Assembly (NCBI GenBank): GCA_951406725.2
Contig: OX597823.1
Coordinates: 117,552,001 to 117,616,000 of the forward strand
Origin: Octopus vulgaris
Lineage: Eukaryota
Direction of reading: 5' to 3'
DNA: 64,000 bases
Shown piece by piece: positions 63,911-64,000 of this stretch (positions are counted from its first letter, which is position 1; every line of letters starts with the position of its first letter). A program made the translations under genes and the position numbers. A model generated the notes under the pieces. That model did not search any database, had not been told where the DNA came from, and worked only from the letters and a program-made list of their open reading frames with translations.

Positions 63911-64000
63911 TTTATTTCTTTACTACCCACAAGGGGCTAAACATAGAGGGGACAAACAAGGACAAACGGATTAAGTCGATTACATCGACCCCAGTGCATA
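63911..64000 (-). mobile_element. SINE family A 3' end (cut by window edge)
   Basis: Matches 24390-24480. Confidence 0.85.

Overview
AT-rich, microsatellite-dense animal genomic DNA. The SINE, LINE and microsatellite repertoire suggests an octopus (inference). I can support no host protein-coding exon. Most listed ORFs are simple-repeat or SINE artefacts. The window is a mosaic of mobile-element remains: tRNA-headed SINEs (at least 3-4 families), RTE, CR1 and R4/Dong LINE fragments, Penelope-type termini with hammerhead ribozyme motifs, a deleted Gypsy element, Tc1/mariner, hAT and Chapaev-like transposase relics, and several MITEs. The stand-out locus is ~10.4-16.9 kb on the minus strand. 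There, three divergent L1/Tx1-type elements sit head-to-tail, each separated by a copy of AGTAGC(T)TTGCTTMCC, which is the 5' head sequence of the most abundant SINE here. The array starts exactly inside such a SINE head. One unit is a ~2 kb ORF1-only (HAL1-like) element. Another carries an internal RT fragment without an endonuclease. Their 3' tail is shared with a second SINE family. Together this suggests a SINE-targeting Tx1 retrotransposon system with non-autonomous partners.
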